From contig NC_043000.1 in NCBI RefSeq assembly GCF_006345805.1, positions 150,536,001-150,600,000 of the forward strand: a stretch of 64,000 nucleotides of DNA, in the 5' to 3' direction. Below are positions 62,405 to 64,000 of this stretch, one piece after another. Both the position numbers and the translations under genes were made by a program. Each line of letters begins with the position of its first letter. Positions within the stretch are counted from its first letter, which is position 1. A model generated the notes under the pieces. That model was not told where the DNA came from, ran no database searches, and saw only the letters and a list, made by a program, of their open reading frames with translations. Source of the stretch: Octopus sinensis. Lineage: Eukaryota.

Positions 62405-63545
62405 TGTATCTATTTCTTCATAGTTACTTTCACCTCATCTGTCTCCTCAAATTGTCCTCCAGTGGACTGAACAGCTGGAAGTCAGAAGACATTAGAATTG
62501 GGTTGTAAGAAAGATGGAGGACCATTGACCAGCCCAATTTGCTGATTGCTTGATTTGTTGCTAAAGATGTATGTGGTTGCACATTGTCATGGTGAATGTT
62601 GATTGTTTTAGATTCTTGTTTGGTCTTTTTCTCCTAATGGGCTTCTCTAGCTTTTTGAGTGTCTCAGTATACTGCTCACAGTTATGTTCCAGAAAATCAA
62701 AGAGAATGATGCCTTGTCATCCCCCACAAAACAGTCACAACAACTTTCTTAGATCTTAGAAAAGTGGTATGATGGCGCAGGAGTGGCTGTGTGGTAAGTA
62801 GCTTGCTAACCAACCACATGGTTCCGGGTTCAGTCCCACTGCGTGGCACCTTGGGCAAGTGTCTTCTGCTATAGCCCCGGGCTGACCAAAGCCTTCTGAG
62901 TGGATTTGGTAGACGGAAACTGAAAGAAGCCTGTCGTATATATGTATATATATATACATATATATGTGTGTGTGGGGGGTTGTGTGTCTGTGTTTGTCCC
63001 CCTAGCATTGCTTGACAACCGATGCTGGCGTGTTTATGTCCCCGTCACTTAGCGGTTCGGCAAAGAGACCGATAGAATAAGTACTGGGCTTAAAAAAAGT
63101 GTCATTATTGGCTTCAAATGATTCCAGCCAATCAGAGCAGATTTCCATTCTTCCCTCCTTCAAATCAGGTGTCAACTGCCAGGGTACTCTCTTTGCACAC
63201 ACTTTTCTACACACAAAATCTTCCACTATCTTCTGTAATTCATTGTGATCACAGTCCAGTTGTGTAGCAAGCTCACTGATTCATCTGCCTTTGCAGGTCA
63301 CTTTACCCAATCACTGGCAATACATGTCAGTGATTGCAGTCAATGGTTTCTCACTTGAATGTTTTGTCTTCAATGCTGGTTTCCTCTTATTTAAGTGTTT
63401 TCATCCATCTGCGCACAATACTCTTGACAATGATGTCAGCCATGTCAACAACCTGCAACCTCCTGTGGATGCCAGACAGCTTGTATCCTTCTTTTGTCAA
63501 GAACTCAATGATGGCTTGTTGCTTTTGCTTAGGAACCATTATTTG
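62405..63545 (-). pseudogene. mariner transposase relic interrupted by SINE-A
   Basis: KQQAIIEFL...IHRRLQ, RKVCAKRVP, KVVVTVLW and HHDNVQPHT...KLGW remnants. Confidence 0.78.
62773..63092 (+). mobile_element. SINE-A, 3'-truncated, inside a mariner relic
   Basis: Family consensus. Confidence 0.88.
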
Positions 63546-63552
63546 TCTGTAA

Positions 63553-63949
63553 TCTTTATATATAAAAGTGAGGTTGTGTGCTGTCTGTCTGCTACGATTT
63601 AGATTCCTAACTATTCCCACATTTTGCGGTGCAGTTTAACCAAAACCGGGTATCTTATAGTCGTGATTCATATCGAGCCCTTCTGGGTATTAGCGCACAT
63701 CTACGATGAGTCTACGATTTAAAAAAAAAATTTACCATCAATTTTTCCCATTTTTAATGCATTTTTCGCATTTATAAGAGAAGTAACTCTCTAAAAATTT
63801 ATTATTAAATCTCAGAACGTAAAAAGCTACAGTAACACCCCCCCTTTGTGGTTAGCCTTATTGAGATGGCTATGATTCTTTACATCTCTAAAAATGCTTA
63901 TATAGTTATTTCCCTTACAAACCCGAGCAACGCCGGGTGATACTGCTAG
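63553..63949 (+). mobile_element. Non-autonomous Helitron (family F)
   Basis: Same termini. Confidence 0.85.
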
Positions 63950-64000
63950 TGAAGAATAAGAATAGTTACTATAGAGAAGTTACTCTATCAGCATTTGCGA

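Overview
Eukaryotic, AT-rich, repeat-dense genomic DNA. The repeat families look like octopus (cephalopod mollusc) repeats; this is inferred from recalled repeat consensi, not verified. The window opens with a head-to-head gene pair only 257 bp apart: a probable Cdt1 first exon (minus strand; PIP degron, CDK sites, RxL motif) and RELCH/KIAA1468 exon 1 (plus strand). Almost everything else is RELCH intronic DNA. Intron 1 is 48,049 bp, and a 90-nt exon 2 lies at 49447-49536. The introns are packed with tRNA-derived SINEs (about 20 copies of one family), RTE and CR1 LINE fragments, non-autonomous Helitrons, TTAA-flanked MITEs and decayed Tigger, mariner and piggyBac transposases. The standout is a near-intact Penelope-like retroelement of Naiad type (880-codon RT + GIY-YIG ORF). 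It carries a type I hammerhead ribozyme in a 209-bp terminal segment that is also present as an inverted copy at its 5' end. It lies sense to RELCH about 0.5 kb upstream of exon 2, so the host pre-mRNA contains a ribozyme, its exact antisense, and a strong cryptic splice acceptor formed by the antisense ribozyme core. Other oddities: tandem head-less SINE arrays (one enclosed by a single TSD), modular VNTRs in RTE 3' UTRs, a 125-bp TSD, and a Helitron flanked by a 165-bp duplication. All alignments and folds were done by eye, and most repeat boundaries are approximate.
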